From Candidatus Aminicenantes bacterium (GTDB lineage Bacteria; Acidobacteriota; Aminicenantia; Aminicenantales; JAFGBC01), in assembly GCA_963702005.1 (NCBI GenBank), contig OY969696.1, positions 640,001 through 704,000 on the forward strand: 64,000 nt of DNA, given 5' to 3'. Shown in pieces: positions 36,235 through 45,289 of this stretch; positions within the stretch are counted from its first letter, which is position 1, and every line of letters begins with the position of its first letter. The notes under the pieces are model-generated. The model worked only from the letters and a program-made list of their open reading frames with translations. It was not told the origin of the DNA and ran no database searches. The translations under genes and the position numbers were made by a program.

Positions 36235-36633
36235 ATGGGACGGCTTCGTTTGATGTCGGGACGGGCCGGGGGCGGGAAGCGAAGCCTTTTTTCGAAGCGG
36301 GTGGTCGAGACGATCCGGAGGATTCCCCGCCGGAAGGTCGCGACCTACGGACAGATCGCGGCCCTGGCCGGGAACGCGCGGGCGGCCCGCGGTGTCGCCT
36401 GGATTCTCCATTCCTCCTCGGACGCCGAGAGGATGCCCTGGCACCGGGTCATCGGAGGCCGGGGCAGGATCTCGCTCGGGCGGGGACGGGGATTCGAAGA
36501 GCAGCGGAGGCGGCTCGCCGCCGAGGGCGTCGCCGTCGACCGCGCCGGCCGGATCGACCTCGAAGTTTTTCAATGGGAGCCGCGGGGTAAGCTTCCCGCC
36601 GCGTTCAAGACCTTCGAGCGTTCTTTTCGCTGA
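36235..36633 (+). CDS. Alkyltransferase-like protein (ATL/YbaZ; MGMT family)
   Basis: VATYGQIA, ARGVAW, PWHRV (Trp in place of the catalytic Cys). Confidence 0.9.
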   Translation: MGRLRLMSGRAGGGKRSLFSKRVVETIRRIPRRKVATYGQIAALAGNARAARGVAWILHSSSDAERMPWHRVIGGRGRISLGRGRGFEEQRRRLAAEGVAVDRAGRIDLEVFQWEPRGKLPAAFKTFERSFR

Positions 36634-36642
36634 TTTAAACAT

Positions 36643-36773
36643 GAATTCCAGGGACACTGAATTCCAGGGACACGATCGAATTCTAGGGACATGATCGAAT
36701 TCTAGGGACACGATCGAATTCTAGGGACATGCTCTAGAATTCTCTTGAATTCTGGTGCGTGTCCCTAGAATTC
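36643..36773. repeat. Tandem 19-bp repeats plus terminal REP-like hairpin
   Basis: gaattc(c/t)agggaca(c/t)... units at 36643, 36659, 36678, 36697, 36716; eight GAATTC sites. Confidence 0.9.
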
Positions 36774-37407
36774 ATGTCTTCTCAGCAAACCATCCCTCAA
36801 TTGCACTTCTTCTCCTTCGACGGACCGAGAAAGACGGGCGGCCGCGGAATGGCAGCGCCCCACCCGAGCGGAGCAGGCGCAGGGTCAGGAAATAAGTTTT
36901 ATCCTTGAAGAAAAATCCGACGAAGCCGAAAACGTTCAAATCGATAGTCTCTCTGCAGATGCTCTTGACCGCTGGGTCCGCTTTCGGATCCAGGTCGTAG
37001 ACTTCGGCCTTGAACGTGTAGACGTTCTCCTTGAAGCTGACCTTGTCCGGGAAGAGGACGACGAGAAAGTCCCGTCCGTTGACGCGAAGGGCGTGGGCGA
37101 TCCTCGAGTTCGGGATCTCTTCCCCGGGCCAATGAACGTCCATCTCGGTCTCGCCCGCCATCCTGACCTTGTTCAGGTTGAACAATTGTCCGAGCTTGGC
37201 CTCCGAGAAGGATTCGTCGAGCGTCCCTTTGGCGAAAACGATTCCGACCTCGCCTTCCTTGGGTGTCGGGTAGAAATTCCGGCCCTCATCCGATGCGTAG
37301 AGCGTGAACTTGAGGTCCAGACTCAGGCTTGCGTATTGTCCATAAAGGGGAATCCCCGTTACGATCGCTGCCGCCAGAGCCGCCAGGATCAGGAGTTTCT
37401 TATTCAT
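36772..37407 (-). CDS. Secreted hypothetical protein
   Basis: AGGAGG SD, signal peptide MNKKLLILAALAAA; no recognised family. Confidence 0.7.
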   Translation of the reverse strand: MNKKLLILAALAAAIVTGIPLYGQYASLSLDLKFTLYASDEGRNFYPTPKEGEVGIVFAKGTLDESFSEAKLGQLFNLNKVRMAGETEMDVHWPGEEIPNSRIAHALRVNGRDFLVVLFPDKVSFKENVYTFKAEVYDLDPKADPAVKSICRETIDLNVFGFVGFFFKDKTYFLTLRLLRSGGALPFRGRPSFSVRRRRRSAIEGWFAEKT

Positions 37408-37459
37408 CGCCGGCCTCCTTATACACTTCCTATACAATCGAGGCGGCCGTTTATTCCCT

Positions 37460-37596
37460 AATTGGTGACAGACATCTATTTTCCGAATTAAGAAATAATT
37501 TTGTTATCAAACTGCAACGTGACGGAGGTTACCCTGCTAAATTAATAAAAAAGGGAATTAGATGTCTGTCACCAATTTAATCTCACCAATTTAATC
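37460..37596. repeat. REP-like element (GGTGACAGACATCT arms) with tandem end duplication
   Basis: 19-bp perfect arms at 37460-78 and 37559-77; tcaccaatttaatc x2 at 37569-37596. Confidence 0.85.
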
Positions 37597-37670
37597 TGCA
37601 TGCCGGGGAGCAGCCTTGCAGCACTCATACTAAGCCGGAAACGGCTTAGTATGAGTGTCGAGGGGTTGAC
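37597..37670 (+). mobile_element. Truncated copy of the 108-bp MITE with nested hairpin insert
   Basis: catgccgggg[agcagccttgcagcactcatactaagccggaaacggcttagtatgag]tgtcgaggggttgac. Confidence 0.8.
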
Positions 37671-37721
37671 AGAGCCGCATGTCCTCGTCTACCATCTCCT
37701 CAGACAGGAGGATCCGCCGCC

Positions 37722-38441
37722 ATGGACCCGACAACGAGCTTCAGCTCGCTGGCCAAGATGATCGATCATTCCCTGCTCCATCCCACCCTGACCGATCAGG
37801 CCGTCGCGGCCGGCTGCGAGCTGGCCCGGCGCTATGACGTGGCGACGGCCTGCGTCAAGCCCTGCTCGGTCGGGCTGGCCAAGGACGCTTTGGCCGGATC
37901 CGGGGTCGGCGTCGGGACGGTCGTCGGATTCCCGCACGGAAGTCCAACGAGCGCCGTCAAGCTGCGCGAGGCCGAGCAGGGTTTGGCCGACGGCGCTGTC
38001 GAATTCGACATGGTCGTCAATATCGGAAAAGTCCTGGGCGGAGACTGGGGCTACGTCGCCTCCGAGATCTGGAAGGTCAATGCGGCCGTCGCGGCCGGCG
38101 GGGGGCTCCTTAAGGTCATCTTCGAGACCGACTATCTCGATGATGCGGCCATCATCAAGCTCTGCGAGATCTGCGCGGCCGCGGCCGTCGCCTTCGTCAA
38201 GACCTCGACCGGCTTCGGGTTTGTGCGCCAGCCGAACGGGATGTATTCCTACCGGGGAGCGACCGACCACCACCTGACGCTGATGAGGGCCAACTGCCCG
38301 GAGACGGTCCGGATCAAGGCCGCGGGCGGCCTGCGGACGCTCGACGATCTGCTCCGGGTCCGCGCCCTGGGCGTGGCCCGGATCGGCGCGACGGCCACCG
38401 AGGCGATCCTGGAGGAGGCCCTGCGGCGCGGCTACCGCTGA
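37722..38441 (+). CDS. deoC: Deoxyribose-phosphate aldolase
   Basis: IDHSLL, VVGFPHG, EFDMV, LKVIFET, FVKTSTGF, IKAAGG, RIGAT. Confidence 0.95.
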   Translation: MDPTTSFSSLAKMIDHSLLHPTLTDQAVAAGCELARRYDVATACVKPCSVGLAKDALAGSGVGVGTVVGFPHGSPTSAVKLREAEQGLADGAVEFDMVVNIGKVLGGDWGYVASEIWKVNAAVAAGGGLLKVIFETDYLDDAAIIKLCEICAAAAVAFVKTSTGFGFVRQPNGMYSYRGATDHHLTLMRANCPETVRIKAAGGLRTLDDLLRVRALGVARIGATATEAILEEALRRGYR

Positions 38442-38511
38442 CCGGGAGGGCGGAGGAAAACGGCTTGCAAACGGACGGTAAGTTTTCGATAATGGGAGGG
38501 ACTTAAGGGAC

Positions 38512-39180
38512 ATGCCAGGAACAGCCATTCTCATCGGCTCAGTCATCGGTCTCATCGTTCTCGCCCTGATCCTGGCCGGGATCATCCGCCGCGGCCTGCG
38601 CCTCAGGGCCGCCCTTCTCGAAGAAGCCGCCACGGCTCGGCGCGAGGTCGGGGAGCTGCAGGGAAAAATCGTCGAGGCCGCCAAGAAACTGGAGGATCTG
38701 TCCCGGATTGATCTCCTGACCGGCCTCCCCAACCGCCGCGAAATGCTGGAAAAGCTCGAGGAGGAGAAGGTCCGTTTCGAGCGAAGCCGCCGTCCGTTCG
38801 CCCTGATCATGGCCGACCTGGACCGCTTCAAGATTATCAACGACACCCACGGACACGACAGCGGCGATTATCTCCTCAAGGGGTGCGCCTCGCTTCTCCG
38901 CGCCTCCCTGCGCAAGCAAGACCGGGTCAGCCGCTGGGGCGCCGATGAATTCCTGCTTCTCCTGCCCGGGACGGACATCGGCGGCGGCCGGACCATCGTC
39001 GAGATGATCCGTAAGCGGGTCGGGGAAACATCTTTCAGCTATGGCGGCAAGGCCCTTAAAACCGGACTCTCGATGGGGCTATCCGTCTACCGGGGCGGCC
39101 TGTCGATCGACGACACGATCCGGGAAGCCGGCGACGCCCTCGAGGCGGACAAGAAAAAAGGGCGGCACCCGAAAGCGTGA
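38512..39180 (+). CDS. Membrane-anchored GGDEF protein (GADEF variant)
   Basis: N-terminal TM, coiled coil, DLLTGLPNRR, DLDRFKIINDTHGH, RKQD, WGADEF. Confidence 0.9.
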   Translation: MPGTAILIGSVIGLIVLALILAGIIRRGLRLRAALLEEAATARREVGELQGKIVEAAKKLEDLSRIDLLTGLPNRREMLEKLEEEKVRFERSRRPFALIMADLDRFKIINDTHGHDSGDYLLKGCASLLRASLRKQDRVSRWGADEFLLLLPGTDIGGGRTIVEMIRKRVGETSFSYGGKALKTGLSMGLSVYRGGLSIDDTIREAGDALEADKKKGRHPKA

Positions 39181-39198
39181 CCGCGCCGCCGGGCGCGT

Positions 39199-41202
39199 TC
39201 AGCGGATATAGCCGAGCGCCCGCAGCCTGGCCTTGAGCTCCTCGTCTAGGTCGGCCCGTACCGAACGGCCCTTTTTCGCGGGCGCCAAATACCTCTCCCT
39301 GAGGGCGGCCAGGCGTCGGACGATGTCCGGCCGGCGGTCGGTCAGGCTCGTCTTTTCGCCCGGGTCGTGGGCCAGGTTGTAGAGTTCGACGGGCGGGACC
39401 GCGCGCGGCGGGAAGGTTAAAAAAGCCAGGTCGTCGGCCGTGTAGGGCGCGTTCCAGATAGCCTTCCATTCCCCCTCGACGACGCAGGACTTGGCCGAGT
39501 TGTGCGTCCCGCCCATATTCCCGACGAGGTCGGCCCAGGCGGGACGGTCCGCGGCTTCCCGTTCGCGCAAGATGGGGAGCAGGCTCCGGCCGTCGACGGC
39601 CCCGGTCGCGCGCTTGAGGCCCAGCTCCTCGAGCACGGTCGGGAAGACATCGACGAGGCTGACGACGCCGGGGTATCGCAGCCCGCGCGGGTGGGAGCCG
39701 GGGAGCTTGATGATGAGCGGGACCCGCAGGGATTCCTCATAAAGCTGGTTGGTATGCATCCAGCTGCCGTGCTCGTAGAACTCCTCGCCGTGGTCGCTGA
39801 GAAGGATGAGGAGCGTCCGGTCGTAGAGCCCGAGCGACTTGAGTTTGGCCACGAGCGGCCCGATCAAGGCCTCGTCCGTGTAGCGGATCTCGCCGTCATA
39901 GAGCGCGACCGCGTTCCGCCGTTCCGCGTCGGGCAGCGGCCGGAACACGGCGCAATTCCCGCCCAGATACTCCCTGATGTTGAGATCGGTCCAGCGCGCG
40001 TCCCGGTCCAAGTACTCCCGATTGTACGGGGCGGGGGGCCGGTAGGGCGGATGGATCTGGTAGGTGTGGAGGAAGAGGAAGAAAGGCCGGTTGGCGTGGC
40101 CGTCGAGCCAACCCAGCGCAGCTCGGGCCACGAGCTCGGCCGAGTTCGTATTGTCGATGTCCCCCTCGGACTCGGAGTAGAAATCAAACCCCTTGGCCAG
40201 GCCGAACTTGGCGTTGAGGAAGCCGCCGCCCGTGATGGCCCAGGTCAGGTAGCCGCGGCCGGCCAGGATCTCGGCCAGTGTCGTCAGGTCGGGGCTCATT
40301 TTTTGCTCGCTGGACAGGACGCCGTGGCTCGGAGCGAGGAGCCCGGTCATGATCGAGACGTGGGAGGTCAGGGTCCAGGGCGCCGGCGCATAGGTCCGCA
40401 GGAAGGCGGCGCAGTCGGCGGCCAGCGCGTCGATGGCCGGAGACAGCGGCCGGCCGTAGCCGTAGCAGCCGAGGTGATCGGCCCGAAGCGTGTCCAACGA
40501 GATCAGGATGACGTTGACGGCGTCGGTCCGGGGGCGATAGAGGATCGGGTGGATCCAGAAGGAAAAAGATTTCTCGGGCCCGCGCGTCCTCAGCAAGAGA
40601 CGTGTGCGTTCCCCACGCTCGGGCAGGACGACCCGGCAATAGTCGAAGACGAGACGGGATTCCTCACCCGGCGGGGGGACGGCCAGATTCTTGGCGAAGA
40701 TCTCCTTTTCCCGGCCGTCCCGCTCCAGGCCGATGATGAAGGCGACCTCCTCGCCGCCGACCGCCGCCCCGACCGCGGCCTTTCGCAGACGCTCGGAGTT
40801 GGCGTCGCGCTTGATCGCGACCCCGAATTCCAGGACGTCGCCGGCCGCCCAGGGCCGGTCGAAGACGTAAGCACTCGGCGCGGGGGCGAACAGGATGGCG
40901 AAGGTCGATCCGCCGTAGCGTATCTTCCGGCCGAGCTCGAAGGGGTCGGGTCCGGAGGGAGTCGGGCCGAGAGGCTCGGAGTTGACCGGATAGAGAAGCT
41001 CCGTGGCTTCCGGCGTCGAGGCGGGAACGGATCCCAGAAACGGGCTCTGGACGATTTTCGCGGCGCCGAGTCCGTCGATGAGCCGGAAGAGGCCCGACTC
41101 CGCTGAGGGCGGATGGCCGCAGCGAGCCAGGACAAGGGCGCAGAGAAACAAGGCCGCGGCTCCCGCGCCGATGATAATATTTCTTCGCCGCTCTTTCTTC
41201 AT
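39199..41202 (-). CDS. Sulfatase-like (alkaline phosphatase superfamily) protein
   Basis: ISLDTLRADH, PWTLTSH, HPPY, SDHGEEF, ELYNLAHDPGE. Confidence 0.88.
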   Translation of the reverse strand: MKKERRRNIIIGAGAAALFLCALVLARCGHPPSAESGLFRLIDGLGAAKIVQSPFLGSVPASTPEATELLYPVNSEPLGPTPSGPDPFELGRKIRYGGSTFAILFAPAPSAYVFDRPWAAGDVLEFGVAIKRDANSERLRKAAVGAAVGGEEVAFIIGLERDGREKEIFAKNLAVPPPGEESRLVFDYCRVVLPERGERTRLLLRTRGPEKSFSFWIHPILYRPRTDAVNVILISLDTLRADHLGCYGYGRPLSPAIDALAADCAAFLRTYAPAPWTLTSHVSIMTGLLAPSHGVLSSEQKMSPDLTTLAEILAGRGYLTWAITGGGFLNAKFGLAKGFDFYSESEGDIDNTNSAELVARAALGWLDGHANRPFFLFLHTYQIHPPYRPPAPYNREYLDRDARWTDLNIREYLGGNCAVFRPLPDAERRNAVALYDGEIRYTDEALIGPLVAKLKSLGLYDRTLLILLSDHGEEFYEHGSWMHTNQLYEESLRVPLIIKLPGSHPRGLRYPGVVSLVDVFPTVLEELGLKRATGAVDGRSLLPILREREAADRPAWADLVGNMGGTHNSAKSCVVEGEWKAIWNAPYTADDLAFLTFPPRAVPPVELYNLAHDPGEKTSLTDRRPDIVRRLAALRERYLAPAKKGRSVRADLDEELKARLRALGYIR

Positions 41203-43088
41203 GATGACGACTTGTCCACGGCCGATTCCATTATACCAGCCCCCGGCTCTCCGGCGGATATTTTGCGGAGCCAGATGTCATAGCGGCCGACTCCGCGGCG
41301 GCGGACGTAGCGGTATTGCTTAAGGACCGCGACGACTTCGGCCTTCCATTTGATGGACCGGTCGAAACAGACCGCGGCGTACGAGCCCTTCGCGACCTCC
41401 TCCCGAAAAAGCCGGAAGGCCTCGGGGGGATTGCTCACACCGCTGATGAATCCCACCAGCACATTTCGGCGTTCCATCTCGCCGGGGCCGTAGATCCTGG
41501 CGATCCCGGCCGCGAAATAGCCCCGGACCAGAAGCGGAAAGATCTGAGGCTGAACGGTCCCCGCCCAGAGGTTGACCTCGTTCGGGGCGAGGATGGACGA
41601 GCGGCCGGGGACGGACCTGGCGATTTGGGCGGCCGCCGCGTAGGGCGGCTGGACCTTCAAGGAGGGAACGCCGAGCCGGTTTCCGTCGGCGGGCCGGAGG
41701 ACGTTCTCGGGAAAGACGGCCAGGAAGACAAGCAGAAGTCCGAAGGCCGATCCCCAGCCGGCTTTGCGCGGCAGCGGCGGCGACCATTCGAGGGGCGACG
41801 ACAGGACAAGGGCCATGAAGATCGGGATCGGGAAGGCCCAGAAGACGCGCCAATAAACATCCTCCGCGATGGGAAACCAACGGAGGTTGAAATCGAGGAG
41901 AAGCGGATTCAAGAAGATGCCGAGGAACAAGACCGGGAAGACGACGGCCAGACGGCGGGCCAAGGGCGTCCTGACGACGAGCCACGCCGTCAGAATCATG
42001 ACGGCCGCCGCGGCCAGGCCCGCGCCGCTTCCCAGGACTTCCCGCGCGATCGCCGCCGCGAAGCCGAGCCGGTCGGGGTGGAACGGAAGCGGACGCGCCA
42101 GACCCGGCTCCCGGGCGAGCATGCCGCGGAGGACAAAGGCGGCCGCGGCGATATAGAAGCAGGATAGACAGCCCAAAGCCAGCCGGCGGAGGCCGGCCCG
42201 GTCCTTGGGCGGGCGTCCCGCGAGCAAGGCCGCCCCGACGATAAAAGGCGTCAGAGGTAGAGAAGATGAGGTCAAGCCCAGGCCGCAGACCTGGGCGGAA
42301 GCCAGCAGCAGCCAATCCGCCGCGCGTCCGCTCCGCGCGAAGCGGAGGGCGAAATAGATGATCAAGGGAACGATGACCGTGACGTAGATCGCCTTTCCTT
42401 GGAACAGGCGGACGAAACCGAAATTTCCGTAGGCGCGATGGGTTTGGCCGAGAGAGACAAGGACGACGAACAGCGCCGCCAGCGTCCAGCCGGGATTCTT
42501 GACGCGGAGGAATCGGAGGAGCAGCGTGTTCCCCGCCGCGAACAGAAGCGCCGCCAGGCCGCTGAAGATGAGATGAATGACGGCCATGGCGGGTATCCCC
42601 GTCAAACTGGAAACGGCTCCTGCCAATACCTCAAAAGCCTGAAACTTGTTGAGGCTGGAAAGGGGAATGTCCTTCAGGTCGTAGAGGGTGCACCGGGCGA
42701 GAAGGGGCTGCGTAGGATTTTCAGCGGCGCCCACGGCCATGTTCACGTAGAACGCGTCGTCGATGTCGGGACGATGGGAAGCCAGGGTTACGGCGAGAGC
42801 GGCCAGCGCAATGACCGCAACTCCCCAGGTTGCCGCCTTGGACGGCCGGGCCCGCTCGCCGCTTTCAGGGGACGGATCGGACTCTCGAAATTTGCCATGG
42901 AACGCGGCGTAGAGAATCATGAGCGCGGCCAGCAGCGGGCCGGCGCAGATGAGGAGGGTTCTGAGACTCGCCCCAGTCAGGACCGCGACATTCGCGGAGA
43001 CCGTCCAGAGCGCGAAGCCCAGACAGGCGAGCTGGACGGCGTCCTCGAGCCGCGGCCGAAACAGAAAACGCCGGGCGGCGGACGTCAT
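41199..43088 (-). CDS. Polytopic membrane protein, DUF6077-like (possible GT-C glycosyltransferase)
   Basis: DDAFYV acidic loop after early TMs; RLFQGK; YWRVFW. Confidence 0.6.
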   Translation of the reverse strand: MTSAARRFLFRPRLEDAVQLACLGFALWTVSANVAVLTGASLRTLLICAGPLLAALMILYAAFHGKFRESDPSPESGERARPSKAATWGVAVIALAALAVTLASHRPDIDDAFYVNMAVGAAENPTQPLLARCTLYDLKDIPLSSLNKFQAFEVLAGAVSSLTGIPAMAVIHLIFSGLAALLFAAGNTLLLRFLRVKNPGWTLAALFVVLVSLGQTHRAYGNFGFVRLFQGKAIYVTVIVPLIIYFALRFARSGRAADWLLLASAQVCGLGLTSSSLPLTPFIVGAALLAGRPPKDRAGLRRLALGCLSCFYIAAAAFVLRGMLAREPGLARPLPFHPDRLGFAAAIAREVLGSGAGLAAAAVMILTAWLVVRTPLARRLAVVFPVLFLGIFLNPLLLDFNLRWFPIAEDVYWRVFWAFPIPIFMALVLSSPLEWSPPLPRKAGWGSAFGLLLVFLAVFPENVLRPADGNRLGVPSLKVQPPYAAAAQIARSVPGRSSILAPNEVNLWAGTVQPQIFPLLVRGYFAAGIARIYGPGEMERRNVLVGFISGVSNPPEAFRLFREEVAKGSYAAVCFDRSIKWKAEVVAVLKQYRYVRRRGVGRYDIWLRKISAGEPGAGIMESAVDKSSS

Positions 43089-43462
43089 TCGGGCTTATCA
43101 TCCTCGCCCGTGGGCGTCTTGCCTTCGAGCTCGAGAAGGGCCAGTCGCTGGATGAGCTTTTTATTTTCCTCCTTGAGCCGGGAAATGACGACGGAGTACT
43201 GGATGAGGATCAGGAAGACGGCCATTAAAAGCAGGAGGAGGAAGGCGATGGGCGGAGAGTAGATGCCGAGCAGGCGGGAGATGACGTCAAGGGCGTGGCG
43301 CCAGAGAGAGATGCCGAGGAAGACGAGCCCGAAGAAGATCCACAGGATGGAATATTCCTCGCGGATTCTCTTTTTACGGACGAGCTCGATCACCAAGACG
43401 AGGAAAAAGAAGCTGCCGGCGACGGCGAGGTATTGAATTCGGGAAGGCTGGATATCGGTCAT
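43085..43462 (-). CDS. DUF2304 family membrane protein
   Basis: LVRKKRIREEYSILW, LGIYSPP, KKLIQRLALLE; follows a GT2 gene. Confidence 0.85.
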   Translation of the reverse strand: MTDIQPSRIQYLAVAGSFFFLVLVIELVRKKRIREEYSILWIFFGLVFLGISLWRHALDVISRLLGIYSPPIAFLLLLLMAVFLILIQYSVVISRLKEENKKLIQRLALLELEGKTPTGEDDKPE

Positions 43463-43469
43463 GATGTCC

Positions 43470-44213
43470 TCATTCTTTGATCCTGGGCCGCAGGGCCGCC
43501 ATCAGGACGGCCAGCGCGACCTTGACCATGTAGAAAGCGCTCGTCCAGCCCGCGATCGACGACCGCCCCCCGCTCCGCTCCTTCATGGCGACCGGGACCT
43601 CGACGATCCGGAAGCCGTTCCGGCTCAAGAGGACGACGCTCTCCGGCTCGGGGTAATCCGTCGGATAGTTCTCGGCCAGGAAGGCGAAGGCTCTCCGGCC
43701 GTAGGCGCGGAAGCCCGAGGTGTTGTCGGTGATGCGGCGTCCGGTCAGGATGAAATTGAGCGTTCCGAAAAAACGGATGCCCAGGCGGCGCAGGGCCGAG
43801 GGCCGATAACCGGCGCGGCTTCGGGCGAAGCGGGAGCCGATGACCGCGTCGGCCCGTCCTTCCCGGATCGGGGCGAGGAGCGTCCGGACTTCGGAGGCCA
43901 GGTGCTGACCGTCGGCGTCGAACTGGAGGGCGACTTCGTAGCCGCGGTCGCGGGCGTAGAGGAAGCCGGTCTGGACGGCCCCGCCGATTCCGAGGTTGGA
44001 GGAGAGCCGGGCCACGACCGCGCATCCGGTCGCGCCGGCCCGCCGCGCCGTATCGTCCTGGGAAGCGTCGTCGACGACGAGGATGTCCCAGGCGGGGTCC
44101 TCGCGCTTGAGCGATTCGATGACGGAGACGATGGTCTCGGCTTCGTTCAGGGCGGGGATGATCAGGAGGACTTTGAGCTGCGGCCGCGACTCGGAAGCAG
44201 GCTCCCCTTTCAT
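43470..44213 (-). CDS. GT2 polyprenol-phosphate glycosyltransferase (DPM-like)
   Basis: IPALNE, VVDDAS, NLGIGGAVQTG, FDADGQH, DNTSGFR, YPEPE. Confidence 0.92.
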   Translation of the reverse strand: MKGEPASESRPQLKVLLIIPALNEAETIVSVIESLKREDPAWDILVVDDASQDDTARRAGATGCAVVARLSSNLGIGGAVQTGFLYARDRGYEVALQFDADGQHLASEVRTLLAPIREGRADAVIGSRFARSRAGYRPSALRRLGIRFFGTLNFILTGRRITDNTSGFRAYGRRAFAFLAENYPTDYPEPESVVLLSRNGFRIVEVPVAMKERSGGRSSIAGWTSAFYMVKVALAVLMAALRPRIKE

Positions 44214-44275
44214 GGCGCGTTCAATATAGTCCAGCCCGCGCGGACCTGTCAAGGAATCCGATGCGGGCCGGAATC

Positions 44276-45277
44276 CTACGCTTCCGGTTTTCGTGCCATG
44301 ATCACCGCGGCGGCCGGGAGACGAAGGAAGTCGTTTTCATAAGCCGCCAGCGGAGAATAGAGAAGGGTGATCACTCCGGCCAAAACGCGCGGGATATGGG
44401 CGGCGAGCGTCGATTCGCCGTAGGCATGGGTGGCCGTGGCCTTCGGGATCACGGAAAGCCCGAAGTGGCCGGCGCAGTTGATCGCCGTAGAGGGATGGAT
44501 CGATATCTCGGCAAAACCGCATTCGGCGAAGGCCCGCCTGGCTCCTTCCTGACTCGGAATGCCGATATGGCGGGGCGCCTCACAGTACACGCACCAGCGG
44601 CGGCCGAGCATCCGGCTCTGGAAAGAATCCGAAAACGGGACTTCGGCCGCGATCCAGCCGCCGGGTTTGAGGATCCGCCGAATCTCCTTCAGGACGGGTT
44701 TCACATCCAGCAGGTGCTCGAGCACCCAGCCGATGGTGACGATATGGAAGGAATCCGCCGGATAGGAGACCGAGTCCAGGGTGCCGACGTCCGCGGCGAA
44801 GCCGAGGCGCTCGCGCACGTACCGTACCGGCCCGGGCTGGATATCCAGGCCGCGCACCTGATAGCCGGCCTTGGCGAAACGGACCAGCCGATCCCCGGTC
44901 CCGCAGCCGATGTCGAGCAGGACTCCGGACCTGACCCCGGTCGCCCGGCGCAGGGCGGCCACCTCGTTTCTGTGCTGAAGGGAATAGAAGGTCCGCCCTT
45001 CCAGGGCCGCCAACAGCTTTTTCAGCTTGCTGTTCGTCTCAAAGTCGGGCCGAAAACTGTAGACGGGCGGGTAGAGACCGGCGATCGTTTCCTGCTTCGG
45101 CATCGGCGACAGGATGGCCGAGCCGCAGGTCCGGCAGGTCAGGAACGACCAGGTGCCCGGAACAAACCCCAGCCGATCTTTGATGTCCGCAATCCAGGGG
45201 GAAAGCTTCTCGGAGCCGCAGAAAAGACAGGCGGTCGGGGCGAACCACGGGCCGGCTTCTTCATGTTGAATTCTCAT
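44276..45277 (-). CDS. Class I SAM-dependent methyltransferase with N-terminal Zn ribbon
   Basis: CLFC...CRTC, LDIGCGTG, VLEHL, LKPGG. Confidence 0.88.
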   Translation of the reverse strand: MRIQHEEAGPWFAPTACLFCGSEKLSPWIADIKDRLGFVPGTWSFLTCRTCGSAILSPMPKQETIAGLYPPVYSFRPDFETNSKLKKLLAALEGRTFYSLQHRNEVAALRRATGVRSGVLLDIGCGTGDRLVRFAKAGYQVRGLDIQPGPVRYVRERLGFAADVGTLDSVSYPADSFHIVTIGWVLEHLLDVKPVLKEIRRILKPGGWIAAEVPFSDSFQSRMLGRRWCVYCEAPRHIGIPSQEGARRAFAECGFAEISIHPSTAINCAGHFGLSVIPKATATHAYGESTLAAHIPRVLAGVITLLYSPLAAYENDFLRLPAAAVIMARKPEA

Positions 45278-45289
45278 CGGCTTGATACC

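Noticed and set aside
36643-36773. CRISPR array
   Set aside because: Units are 16-21 bp tandem repeats with no unique spacers, and there are no cas genes in the window.
38512-39180. GADEF motif as a novel activity
   Set aside because: Single-residue GGDEF variants are common, and the other catalytic motifs look ordinary.
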